Source: Candidatus Hydrogenedentota bacterium (GTDB lineage: Bacteria > Hydrogenedentota > Hydrogenedentia > Hydrogenedentales > GCA-2746185). From it: 22,289 nt of DNA. The stretch covers positions 1-22,289 of the forward strand of contig JAYGCN010000337.1 of NCBI GenBank assembly GCA_046583315.1. The letters run 5' to 3'. The notes beneath the pieces were generated by a model that did no database searches, had not been told where the DNA came from, and saw nothing but the letters and a program-made list of their open reading frames with translations. Below, piece after piece: positions 8,997-18,177 of this stretch (positions are counted from its first letter, which is position 1; every line of letters begins with the position of its first letter). The position numbers were made by a program, and so were the translations under genes.

Positions 8997-9848
8997 ATGC
9001 TGAATAACAATTCTCATATAAAATCGACTCGCCGCGGCTTCACCATCATTGAGCTGTTGATTGCCATGTCCATTGTTGCTGTGATCGCTGGAATCGTCTT
9101 TTCGACCTTCGTCACGGTGATTTCTTCTTCCGAGACGGCCACCGATGCCTCGGACAAACTCTACACCCAAACATTCCTGGCGCGGCATCTGCACGAGAAC
9201 CTGACCCAGGCATTTTCCGGGTGGCAGGCGGGCGCGGTCTATCGGCCTCAGTCGAATGCTCAAGAACCCGTCTCGCAGGTCATGCTCGAATCGCTCTACA
9301 CCTTTGTCGGAGAGAACAACGGTACCGAAGGGCTGCTGACCTTTTCCACGTCAACCGCGCTGTCCGGTGCAAGCGGACTGCCCGGATATTTCAAGCAGGT
9401 TACGTATGAAATTGTAGACGGGTCCAGCGTGGAGGTACCCCTTTACGCGCCGGGTGGTGGTGAGATGATCTCGGGACCCATCCTGCAGGTGACAGAAGTT
9501 CCGCTGATGTCCTATACCGACTCGTTGGGTGGCGATGTCATGACGAATTACACGGACAAGCTCAGGCAGCATGCTGAAGATCTGGAAATTGCTGTACCCA
9601 CGTGGACCTTTCCCGTAGATGGAATGGAGATTCTTTATTTCGACGGCGAGGAGTGGGTGGATTCGTGGGAACTTGAAGTGGAAGAACGCCTTCCCTGGGC
9701 CATCGATGTGACGTTCTACTGGCGGCCTTGGGGCGAAGTGGACAAGGATGCCGAAGAAGACACCTTCCGCATGGTGGTATCGATTCCCGGCGGTGCTGGC
9801 ATCCACAATGCAACCCCGGCCTATGGTCGACCGGAGCGTCAACGATGA
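8997..9848 (+). CDS. gspJ: Minor pseudopilin J
   Basis: RRG|FTIIELLIAMSI, LTFST, QVTYEI, YFDGEEWVDSW...LPWAIDV typical of the GspJ C-terminus. Confidence 0.85.
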   Translation: MLNNNSHIKSTRRGFTIIELLIAMSIVAVIAGIVFSTFVTVISSSETATDASDKLYTQTFLARHLHENLTQAFSGWQAGAVYRPQSNAQEPVSQVMLESLYTFVGENNGTEGLLTFSTSTALSGASGLPGYFKQVTYEIVDGSSVEVPLYAPGGGEMISGPILQVTEVPLMSYTDSLGGDVMTNYTDKLRQHAEDLEIAVPTWTFPVDGMEILYFDGEEWVDSWELEVEERLPWAIDVTFYWRPWGEVDKDAEEDTFRMVVSIPGGAGIHNATPAYGRPERQR

Positions 9849-11068
9849 GGATACAACGTCAACCCCATAATCGAAATGAAGCCGGTATAGCATTGTTGCT
9901 CGCCCTCGTATTCATCGTCTTACTTGCAGCCATCGTCACCAACTTTATGTACAAGATACAGGTGGATGCGACCATCGTTGCTTCCAACAGCAGTGATTAC
10001 GAGGCCTTGCTCGCGGCAAAATCCGGCGTGGCCACGGCGCTCAGTGTGTTACACGCCGACCGGGTCGGCAACACTCTGGATGCTGAGGAGAATCCTGAAG
10101 AATTCGGTATGTACGATGCGCTCAGCGAAGTGTGGGCGGAACCCGGTAATCTCGCAACCTTTAACGACGATGTTGTAAGCATGACGATAGTCGACGAGTA
10201 CAGTAAACTGAATTTGAATGCACTCATTTTCGAAGCCAGTAATGGTGAGCAGTCTGGAGAAGTCGTGCACGATGTTTTGGAGTTGGCCATCCGCGAAGTA
10301 TTTCGCGTGGATCTTGGATTTGAAGAAGACCCGACAGATCTGATTCTCGATTGGCTTGATGCCGATGACGATGCCAGACCCAACGGCGCTGAATCGGATT
10401 ATTACGAGTCGCTCGACCCGCCATTCAGTTGTAAAAACGGTCCGATGGACTCGATTGAAGAGCTGTTGTTATTGCCCGGCATCACTCCGGAAGTGTACTT
10501 CGGTTTGCCCGACCCCGATTTGGAGCTGGAACTGGATGACGAAGGAGAAGTCTTGCAGCCCATTCCGCTGTCGGATCTTTTCACGGTTCACGGTCACCCC
10601 GAAGGAAGACTCAACATCAACACGACGAGTGAAGGGCTTATTGAGGTCGTGCTGATGGCCAGCGAGAGCCTGTATCCCGGCACAATCACGACGGACATGA
10701 CCATAATTCAAAATCAAATGGCCAGCGAATACCCATTCTTTTCGTCGGAAGCCCAGTTAATTCAGAATCGCTATCTTCCATCGCGTCTGGATCAGAATGG
10801 ACAAGCTATCCAGGGCGGCGGAGATGTCGATCAGAACGTGGGATTTGCCAACGAGAACAACCAGAATAGTGTGAACACACAGTCGCAAATACCCTTGCCA
10901 CCACCCATGTTTACGGTGGAAAGCAACGTATTTCGAATCTTCGCCGACGGTCAGAGCAACGATGCGCAGGTACGCGTCGAAGTGTATGCGTTTCGCGATC
11001 CAAGCGACAAAGAAGGCGCGACGGAACCACAACTATTTCGAATACTTGACTGGCGTGTGATTCGCTAG
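9845..11068 (+). CDS. gspK: Minor (tip) pseudopilin K
   Basis: G|IALLLAL without Glu5, DEYSKLNLN, ILDWLDADD..GAE..YY..KNGP..ELLLLPGI, RLNINT. ATG 9845 overlaps the gspJ stop (ATGA); the track start at 9728 is an upstream extension. Confidence 0.92.
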   Translation: MRIQRQPHNRNEAGIALLLALVFIVLLAAIVTNFMYKIQVDATIVASNSSDYEALLAAKSGVATALSVLHADRVGNTLDAEENPEEFGMYDALSEVWAEPGNLATFNDDVVSMTIVDEYSKLNLNALIFEASNGEQSGEVVHDVLELAIREVFRVDLGFEEDPTDLILDWLDADDDARPNGAESDYYESLDPPFSCKNGPMDSIEELLLLPGITPEVYFGLPDPDLELELDDEGEVLQPIPLSDLFTVHGHPEGRLNINTTSEGLIEVVLMASESLYPGTITTDMTIIQNQMASEYPFFSSEAQLIQNRYLPSRLDQNGQAIQGGGDVDQNVGFANENNQNSVNTQSQIPLPPPMFTVESNVFRIFADGQSNDAQVRVEVYAFRDPSDKEGATEPQLFRILDWRVIR

Positions 11069-11095
11069 GGATTAACTCCAAAAAAGGAATCTTGT

Positions 11096-12598
11096 ATGAA
11101 ACTATCAGCAAAAATCGGCGTGATTCAGATGACGGACAAGCACTTCCGTGTCGTCATCGTGAAGACCGGTTCGGTGCCGCCCAAAGTGCTCGAATGGAAG
11201 GAAGCGTCTTTTCCGCCTCCAGGAGACGATGCTGCCTTAACGCGGCTGGAACGCGTCGAAATTGTGCGAACGACCGTAAGCGAACTCAAGCTAACGCCGA
11301 CAATATGGATCTACAACGCGCCTCAGGTTTTCAGTGTTATGCGGCAGCTTTCGGTGCCCTTCAACGGACGTCGAAAGGTTCGCGCGGCACTAACCTTTGA
11401 GCTGGAACCCTATCTGGCCATCCCTATCGAAAATTTGATCATCGACCACATACCCATTCGCGAGGTCGACGGAAAAACAGAGGTGTTCGTAATCGGATTA
11501 CAGAAAAGACATGCCGCGGAGCAACTCGCCTTGCTGCAGGACGCGGGCGTTCATGTCGAAAGTATCGGACTCGATATTGTCGGTCTTGCTGCGCTCGGCT
11601 TCGAAACGGTGGTGGGAAAGAATGCGTCCACCGCGATGATTTTGTGGCAGGATGGAAACTCTTATCTGACCATCATGCACAACGACTCGTTGGCCTACGT
11701 GCAACGCATCGTCTCTGACCCCCAACAGATTGTTGCCTGGACCCAGGAAGTACAAAATGGATTACGCGCGTTTCAAGCCAACGCACTTGAACCCGTCGAA
11801 ATCGCGGGATTGACCTGTAGTGATCCACGATTGAGTGATGAACAATACCGTCATATTTCCGAACAACTCGAACTCGATGTGACACCGGCAACGCTGGGCG
11901 TGTCCTGGGCTCCGGCAGAATTGCTTCAGGCTGATGATTGCTCCGATTGGATGGCGATGATCGGTTCGGCCAGTGCTGGTGCGGGAGGGGTTTACAATGT
12001 TTCCTTCACGCGAGAATCACTTGAAGAAGTCGCGGCACCGTCTCCATACCGAAAACACATTGCCGTGGTGGTTGCCTTGGTGGTCATTGCGCTGGTCGCC
12101 CATTTGAGCGTTACCAGCTTGAAAACGGCGCAAAATCAGGATGCCATTGAGCAGCGTGGCGGTCAGGTATACACGATTATGGCGGAAACCTTCCCTGCCC
12201 ATGCGGCAGCCTCACAACGGCCTGCGGCGGATATCGGTGGCTTCAAGAGTTATGCCGCCATGGAAGAAGCCCTGGACCATGAATTGCAGACGGGCACCGC
12301 GCTCACGCCCGAAATGCTCAACCAACCGAGTCTGCCCAATCTTCTTCGCGAAATCAGCACCCACATGCCCAACCGTCTTGTCGCTATCGATAGTATTACG
12401 ATGATGCCACGTCGCGCGGGATTGGAGATCACCATAAAGGGATCCACCAAGAATTCAGATGCTTTCGGAAAAGTGACCGAGGGACTCGAAGGGTCAACCA
12501 TGTTGTCTATAGCCGATCGCAAACGCTCGAGTCGTGATGGTAAAGATACATTTACCATCACCGCCCACGTTATTGAAACCAACCAAGAATCGTCGTAA
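11096..12598 (+). CDS. gspL: GspL-like assembly platform protein (actin-like cytoplasmic domain, TM helix, PilN-like periplasmic domain)
   Basis: RQLSVPF..RKVRAALTFELEPYLAIPIE motif, one TM (IAVVVALVVIALV), C-terminal LLREIS..ITIKG..F; follows gspK; AAGGA upstream. Confidence 0.8.
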   Translation: MKLSAKIGVIQMTDKHFRVVIVKTGSVPPKVLEWKEASFPPPGDDAALTRLERVEIVRTTVSELKLTPTIWIYNAPQVFSVMRQLSVPFNGRRKVRAALTFELEPYLAIPIENLIIDHIPIREVDGKTEVFVIGLQKRHAAEQLALLQDAGVHVESIGLDIVGLAALGFETVVGKNASTAMILWQDGNSYLTIMHNDSLAYVQRIVSDPQQIVAWTQEVQNGLRAFQANALEPVEIAGLTCSDPRLSDEQYRHISEQLELDVTPATLGVSWAPAELLQADDCSDWMAMIGSASAGAGGVYNVSFTRESLEEVAAPSPYRKHIAVVVALVVIALVAHLSVTSLKTAQNQDAIEQRGGQVYTIMAETFPAHAAASQRPAADIGGFKSYAAMEEALDHELQTGTALTPEMLNQPSLPNLLREISTHMPNRLVAIDSITMMPRRAGLEITIKGSTKNSDAFGKVTEGLEGSTMLSIADRKRSSRDGKDTFTITAHVIETNQESS

Positions 12599-12608
12599 GG
12601 ATTAAAGC

Positions 12609-13127
12609 ATGCCAACTATGAATCTGGCCCCGCGGGAAAAACGATTGGTAAGCGTTATGTTTGTCGTCATGATTGCCATCGCTGTGATTCCTGTTTATCG
12701 AAACATTACGAGCCGCCACGCGACTTCTGTTGAGCAGTTGGCCCAGGCGGATTCGCGACTCGAATCCGCTCGCGTGCTGCAGGATGCCATCATCAACGCG
12801 CGTGAAGGTCAACGTGTCATCCAGGAAAAACTGCGCGCGCGTCCACGAAATTTTGATCTCTATAATTTCGCGCAACAGTCTGTCCGCAGGGTCAACCTCA
12901 ATGGACGCGCCGATTTGCAAAGTAAAGACCTCGCGTCGAAAGAGGGCGCATTCGGGGGCGTGCAAATTACGCTCAGGAATGTGAGCATGAAGGAGATTAT
13001 CGACCTCATGCATGGGTTATACGCTTCGAACAACTTGATACTCATGCAACGCTTGACGTATTTGAAGCCCTCTCCTGATGGAAAAGGCCTTGAATGTGCG
13101 GTCGTGATGATATCGCCGAAGCGTTAA
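12609..13127 (+). CDS. gspM: GspM-like assembly platform protein
   Basis: LAPREKRLV, TM helix, coiled coil, then VQITLRNVSMKEIIDLM; follows gspL; AAGGA upstream. Confidence 0.82.
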   Translation: MPTMNLAPREKRLVSVMFVVMIAIAVIPVYRNITSRHATSVEQLAQADSRLESARVLQDAIINAREGQRVIQEKLRARPRNFDLYNFAQQSVRRVNLNGRADLQSKDLASKEGAFGGVQITLRNVSMKEIIDLMHGLYASNNLILMQRLTYLKPSPDGKGLECAVVMISPKR

Positions 13128-13236
13128 TTTAGAACACAGCAGAACACGGACCCGGGCGCGAACCGTAGGGGTCTACTATTCGATTCAACCCATTCGGGCA
13201 AAAATGGTTCGTGGAAGCCTTAAAGAGCAACGGTAA

Positions 13237-13278
13237 ATTATTGACAAAAATAGACTTAAGTCGTTTGTTTTCAATAAT
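13237..13278. repeat. 42-bp imperfect palindrome upstream of the operon 2 promoter
   Basis: ATTATTGA-CAAAAATA-GACTTAAGTC-GTTTGTTT-TCAATAAT; the outer 8-bp arms and the central 10-bp palindrome share one centre; 17 of 21 positions pair. Confidence 0.7.
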
Positions 13279-13295
13279 ATATAGCATTATTAGCA

Positions 13296-13324
13296 TTGAC
13301 TTTTTTTTGAACCTTTGGTACATT
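13296..13324 (+). promoter_or_regulatory. Sigma70-type promoter with extended -10 for operon 2
   Basis: TTGACT (13296-13301), 17-nt spacer, TG at 13316-13317, TACATT (13319-13324); AT-rich upstream DNA; GAAAGGG RBS at 13338-13344. Confidence 0.7.
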
Positions 13325-13353
13325 GATAGGGTGAACTGAAAGGGTCCGTGCTT

Positions 13354-15210
13354 ATGAGTTATAGCTATTTTGGGGAAGGTCTTGTCACCAAGGGGATTAT
13401 CACCCAGGATCAACTTGATGAAGCGATCCACCGTCAACAGACGGGTATGCAGGGCAAGAAGCTGGGCGAGATTCTGGTTCGGCTAGGCTACATCAGCAAA
13501 AGCCACATTTCAGAGGGACTTGCCGAGCAGCTGGGAATCCCGATTGTAAAACTTTCCGAACGTGAGATTCCCGAGGCCATTCGTGGATTGGTCAAGGTTG
13601 AAATTGCGCAGCTATATCGTATTATCCCGGTCGCAGAGGAACCCGGCGTGATTAAAGTCGCGACTGCGGATCCGACCAATATCAATACGATGGATAATCT
13701 GAGGCGTCTTCTTGATAAGGAGGTGCAACCTGTCCTTGCAACCGAAGAAGACATTCGCGAGGCCCTGAACAAGTATTACGGTTTAGCCGCTACCACCATA
13801 GAAACGATGCTATCCACGGTGAGTAGTGCGAGTACCATGAGTACTTTGAGTACCATGTCCAATCTTAGTTCGTTGGATAGTTCAGCGGGTAGTAGTCTTG
13901 GCAGCTTGAGTTCTACCGACATGTCCATGAGCAGCATGAGTATGGACAGTCTTGACGTAGATGATGCGGCGTTGCCGGGAAAAGGCACGGGCGATGATGA
14001 TGACGGCGATGACAGTCCGGTCGTCCGTTATGTGCAGCACATGATCATGGAGGCGTTTCGCCTGCGTGCCAGTGATATTCACGTTGAGCCTGGAAAATAT
14101 GACATTAAGGTGCGGTATCGAATTGACGGCGTATTGCAGCTGATGCCCGCACCGCCCAAGCGCGCTCAAAACGCGATCACCTCCCGACTCAAGATCATGG
14201 CAGGCATGGATATTGCCGAGAAACGCAGGCCTCAAGATGGTCGTATAAAAATTCAGCTCGGCGGAAAAGCGATTGACCTACGTGTAAGCTCGTTGCCGGC
14301 CTATTACGGTGCCAGCATCGTCATGCGTATTCTTGACAAGGAAAGTCTCAAATTAGGACTCGGGCAATTGGGATTCAGCCCTGAAAATCAGGAGACCTGG
14401 GAACATCTGCTTGGGTTCAATACCGGGGTTATCCTGGTCACAGGCCCAACGGGTTCGGGTAAAACGACGACTCTTTATGCCTCATTGCATAACATGAATA
14501 CGCCGGATACGAAATTGATTACGGTAGAAGATCCGGTTGAGTATCAGTTGACGGGGATCAATCAGGTACAAATTCACCATGAAATCGGCTGGAATTTCTC
14601 CCGAGCTTTGCGCGCTATTTTCCGACAGGATCCTGATATTGTGATGGTCGGGGAAATTCGTGACCTGGAGACGGCCGAAATTGCCATTAAAGCGGCACTT
14701 ACCGGTCACCTCGTATTTTCTACACTACACACGAACGACGCACCGAGTTCGATCATACGTTTGGTGGATATCGGAATCAAGCCGTTCATGGTCGCCTCAG
14801 GCGTTCGCGCGATTCTGGCGCAACGTCTTGTGCGTTCAATCTGCACGACGTGTAAGGAACCGTATGTTCCGGAAGACATCGAGATGACGCGCCTGGGCTT
14901 CCCGGTGGATCTGGAACAGGTTCAGCTAATCCATGGAGCCGGGTGTGACAATTGCCACCAGACGGGGTATACCGGTCGTATGGGGATTCATGAATTGCTC
15001 ACCATGACGGATGAACTTCGGGCTATGATTATGGATGGAGATTCTTCGATTGCCCTTCGGCGTGAAGCGCGTCACGGTGGAATGATCACCTTGCGCGCGG
15101 ACGCCTATAAAAAGGCATTGAACGGTATTACGACGATTGAGGAAGTGAATCGGCGGACCATGGTGGATGAACCACTGAAACCGCGCGAAGCGGCACCTGC
15201 CAACGCCTAA
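13354..15210 (+). CDS. pilB: PilB/GspE-family extension ATPase 1 with Ser-rich linker
   Basis: MshEN-like N-terminus, ASDIHVEP, RRPQDG, GPTGSGKTT, TVEDPVE, RQDPDIVMVGEIRD, STLHTND, CTTC..CDNC. ATG 13354 fits the RBS spacing better than GTG 13348. Confidence 0.88.
   Translation: MSYSYFGEGLVTKGIITQDQLDEAIHRQQTGMQGKKLGEILVRLGYISKSHISEGLAEQLGIPIVKLSEREIPEAIRGLVKVEIAQLYRIIPVAEEPGVIKVATADPTNINTMDNLRRLLDKEVQPVLATEEDIREALNKYYGLAATTIETMLSTVSSASTMSTLSTMSNLSSLDSSAGSSLGSLSSTDMSMSSMSMDSLDVDDAALPGKGTGDDDDGDDSPVVRYVQHMIMEAFRLRASDIHVEPGKYDIKVRYRIDGVLQLMPAPPKRAQNAITSRLKIMAGMDIAEKRRPQDGRIKIQLGGKAIDLRVSSLPAYYGASIVMRILDKESLKLGLGQLGFSPENQETWEHLLGFNTGVILVTGPTGSGKTTTLYASLHNMNTPDTKLITVEDPVEYQLTGINQVQIHHEIGWNFSRALRAIFRQDPDIVMVGEIRDLETAEIAIKAALTGHLVFSTLHTNDAPSSIIRLVDIGIKPFMVASGVRAILAQRLVRSICTTCKEPYVPEDIEMTRLGFPVDLEQVQLIHGAGCDNCHQTGYTGRMGIHELLTMTDELRAMIMDGDSSIALRREARHGGMITLRADAYKKALNGITTIEEVNRRTMVDEPLKPREAAPANA
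13831..13857 (+). repeat. 3 x 9-bp in-frame tandem repeat (STM-STL-STM)
   Basis: AGTACCATG AGTACTTTG AGTACCATG inside the Ser-rich linker of PilB1. Confidence 0.75.
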
Positions 15211-15258
15211 TAAAAAAGCAACGGTTTATCCGCGAGTCCGCAAAGTAGGAGCAAGATA

Positions 15259-16371
15259 GTGGCATACGAAATGGTTAGCTTGTTGAGGATGCTCATTGAC
15301 CGGGAAGGGTCTGACCTTCACCTGGCGGTGGATAATCCGCCGGCGGCCCGCGTACATGGCGGGATAGCCCTCTTCGGTAACGCACCGCTTACGTCTGAAG
15401 ACAATGAGCGTCTGATGAAAAGTATCGCTTCGGTTGATAACCAGCAAGAGCTCCAGGAGGTCGGCGGTACGGATTTCGGCTTTGCCTTTGAAGACATCGC
15501 GCGTTTCCGCGTATCGGTGTTCAAACAGCGTGGCAATATTGGCATGGTGCTGCGTATTATTCCACGCCGTATTGCGACGATGGAAGAGTTGGGATTGCCG
15601 CTCTCGTTGCGCAAGGTGATTAACCAGCCCCGTGGCATGATTTTGGTGACGGGGCCGACCGGGTCGGGTAAGAGTACTAGTCTTGCGGCCATGATTGACT
15701 GGTTGAACACTGAATTTGATCACCACATCATCACGATTGAAGATCCTATCGAATTCTTCCACAACCACAAGAAGAGTATTATTACCCAGCGCGAAGTCGG
15801 TGTCGATGTACCCTCCTTCGCCGAGGCGCTACGTCGTGCACTGCGTATGGATCCCGATGTTATTCTGGTGGGGGAAATGCGTGACCTTGAAACGATCGAG
15901 GCCGCCGTGTCTGCTGCAGAAACCGGCCACTTGGTATTCGGCACCCTGCACACCACGGGTGCGGTGCGTACGATTGACCGTTTGGTGGATGCCTTCCCCG
16001 CAAATCAGCAGGAACAAATTCGCACTCAGCTCGCCGGTAACCTCAAAGCGGTGATTTCGCAAAACTTATGCAAATTGAACGGAAAACCGGGCCGTGTTGC
16101 CGCCTTTGAAGTGATGATTTCCACGCCGGCTATCCAGAACTTGATTCGCGATAATAAATCGTATCGTATTACCTCAGCCATTCAGACCGGGCACAAGTAT
16201 GGTATGAACCTGCTTGACGAGCATTTGCTGGCCCTGTGGCAGAAAGGCATTATCACCTATGAAGAAGGCCTCCAAAAGTCGCAGGATGCCGTGGGATTTG
16301 AAGAGTCTGCCGTGCAATTAGGAATCGAAGGCGGCCCGGAACGCAAAGATCCGAAGAAAAAGGCCAGCTAA
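15259..16371 (+). CDS. pilT: Type IV pilus retraction ATPase
   Basis: GSDLHL, RFRVSVFKQRG, GPTGSGKSTSLAAMID, ITIEDPIEF, QREVG, LRMDPDVILVGEMRD, AETGHLVFGTLHT and AIQNLIRD (variant of PilT AIRNLIRE); no Zn CxxC pair; AGGAG RBS. Confidence 0.93.
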   Translation: MAYEMVSLLRMLIDREGSDLHLAVDNPPAARVHGGIALFGNAPLTSEDNERLMKSIASVDNQQELQEVGGTDFGFAFEDIARFRVSVFKQRGNIGMVLRIIPRRIATMEELGLPLSLRKVINQPRGMILVTGPTGSGKSTSLAAMIDWLNTEFDHHIITIEDPIEFFHNHKKSIITQREVGVDVPSFAEALRRALRMDPDVILVGEMRDLETIEAAVSAAETGHLVFGTLHTTGAVRTIDRLVDAFPANQQEQIRTQLAGNLKAVISQNLCKLNGKPGRVAAFEVMISTPAIQNLIRDNKSYRITSAIQTGHKYGMNLLDEHLLALWQKGIITYEEGLQKSQDAVGFEESAVQLGIEGGPERKDPKKKAS

Positions 16372-16405
16372 CGATGGCGGGCGTTTGAAAAGGTAAACGA
16401 AAACA

Positions 16406-18154
16406 ATGACAACAGTGGCCAATAAACGAAAATTAGGCGACATTCTGGTCGAAGCGAGTGTGATTACGCCGCTCGAACTCGACGAGGGTATGCAACGCCA
16501 GCGCTTGACCGGGGATTTCCTGGGTCGCGTGTTGGTGAAGATGGAGCTTTGCGAGGAGCAGGACATCCTTGAAGCACTTGGTGTGCAACAAGGTATGGAA
16601 CGGGTCAATGTCGCTGCGTTGCAGATCAGTGACGATGTATTGCGCACGATGTCGGGTGACGTGGCGAAGTTTTACAATGTTGTGCCGATTCGTGAGAAGG
16701 AAGACGGGACGATAGTTATCGCACTGGCCGATCCGCTGAATCTGAGTCTTCTCGATGACATCCAGCAGATCGTGGGGCGGCCTGTTGAAGGTGCCGTGAG
16801 CAGTCTGGAAGAGGTTCAGGAAAGTATTCGTTCCAACTATTCTTATGAAGGTGAATCGATCCACGGAACACTCGAAGATTTGCTTGAAATCGTGGGCGAC
16901 AAAGAGCTTTCGCTGGAGGAGCTTGGACAGCAAAAACTCATCGGTGATGTCGACAATCTCGTCGAGCTTGCGCAAGAACCCGAAGTCATCAAAATTGTGA
17001 ATCTCGTGCTTCTGGAGGCCGTACAGAAAAAAGCGTCCGATGTGCATTTTGAAATCTATGAGGACGACTTTCGTGTGCGTATTCGCGTGGACGGGGTGTT
17101 GCATGAAACCGTCGCGCCGCCCAAGTCTATCTCTCTCGCGCTGATATCCCGTATCAAAATCATGTGCGACATGGATATTGGTGAGCGACGATTGCCGCAG
17201 GATGCGCGTATTGAACTTAAGGTTGGAGATGCGGATATTGATGTACGCGTGGCGACCTTGCCGACGCTGTTCGGCGAGTGTGTGGTGATGCGTCTACTGG
17301 ATCGCCAGGCGGTTCAGGCCGATCTTACAAAAATCGGGCTGACTGAAATTATGCAGAACGATATATCCGACATTATTCACAAAGCCAGTGGTCTTTTCCT
17401 TGTTACGGGTCCGACCGGTTCAGGAAAGACAACAACCTTGTACGGTTGTCTCAATGAATTGAATGACATTCGAGAAAAAATTATCACCTGCGAAGATCCG
17501 GTGGAGTTACAGATAGAGAACCTTGTTCAGGTTCAAATCAAAGAAGATTTCGGACTCACCTTTGCCGCAACGCTGCGGTCCATTTTGCGTCAAGATCCCG
17601 ACATTTGCATGGTGGGGGAAATACGCGATTTGGAGACGGCTCAAATATGCATTGAAGCGGCACTGACGGGTCACTTGGTACTCAGCAGTATCCATACCAA
17701 CAGCGCGGTTGAAACGGTGACACGGCTGCTTGACATGGAAGTGGAACCCTTCCTGATCACATCGTGTCTCGAAGGGGTTCTTGCGCAACGACTGTTGAGA
17801 AAACTGTGCCGTGATTGTCGACAACAGTATCGTCCAGACGAAGAAGAAATGGACAAGTTGGGTATTCCCGAGCAGTGGCGCAAAGATCCGAATTTTGCAC
17901 TGTACCGTCACAAAGGTTGTGTCGCGTGTGACTACGTTGGGTACAAAGGCCGAGTAGGTGTGTATGAACTGTTGCCGATCAATGATGATTTACGTGAAAT
18001 GATACTTGATCGCGTCATGGCCCATGTGATGCGCCGATACGCGCGGAAAAAATTGGGCATGATGACGCTACGCGAATCCGCCCTGTTGCTCGCCGTGCAA
18101 GGCATCACGGCACCTTCTGAAGTGATAACCCATACAGAATTGTATATCGACTAA
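16406..18154 (+). CDS. pilB: PilB/GspE-family extension ATPase 2
   Basis: Degenerate MshEN N-terminus, ASDVHFE, RLPQDA, GPTGSGKTT, TCEDPVE, LRQDPDICMVGEIRD, SSIHTNS, CRDC..CVAC. Confidence 0.88.
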   Translation: MTTVANKRKLGDILVEASVITPLELDEGMQRQRLTGDFLGRVLVKMELCEEQDILEALGVQQGMERVNVAALQISDDVLRTMSGDVAKFYNVVPIREKEDGTIVIALADPLNLSLLDDIQQIVGRPVEGAVSSLEEVQESIRSNYSYEGESIHGTLEDLLEIVGDKELSLEELGQQKLIGDVDNLVELAQEPEVIKIVNLVLLEAVQKKASDVHFEIYEDDFRVRIRVDGVLHETVAPPKSISLALISRIKIMCDMDIGERRLPQDARIELKVGDADIDVRVATLPTLFGECVVMRLLDRQAVQADLTKIGLTEIMQNDISDIIHKASGLFLVTGPTGSGKTTTLYGCLNELNDIREKIITCEDPVELQIENLVQVQIKEDFGLTFAATLRSILRQDPDICMVGEIRDLETAQICIEAALTGHLVLSSIHTNSAVETVTRLLDMEVEPFLITSCLEGVLAQRLLRKLCRDCRQQYRPDEEEMDKLGIPEQWRKDPNFALYRHKGCVACDYVGYKGRVGVYELLPINDDLREMILDRVMAHVMRRYARKKLGMMTLRESALLLAVQGITAPSEVITHTELYID

Positions 18155-18177
18155 CCGCTCGAAAAAGGAGCTGCACC

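Noticed and set aside
13148..13209. Possible intrinsic terminator after gspM (GACCC/GGGTC and CCATT/AATGG stems)
   Set aside because: The stems are short and interrupted and have no following U-tract.
13241..13246. Perfect TTGACA as a -35 box
   Set aside because: No -10 element 16-18 nt downstream; it is part of the palindrome arm. The 13296-13324 promoter fits better.
13129..13437. 102-aa minus-strand ORF across the inter-operon spacer
   Set aside because: It overlaps the pilB1 start, promoter and palindrome and has no recognisable motif.
13831..13857. 9-bp repeat as a phase-variation tract
   Set aside because: It is in frame, imperfect and only three units, so copy-number change would not switch the gene off.
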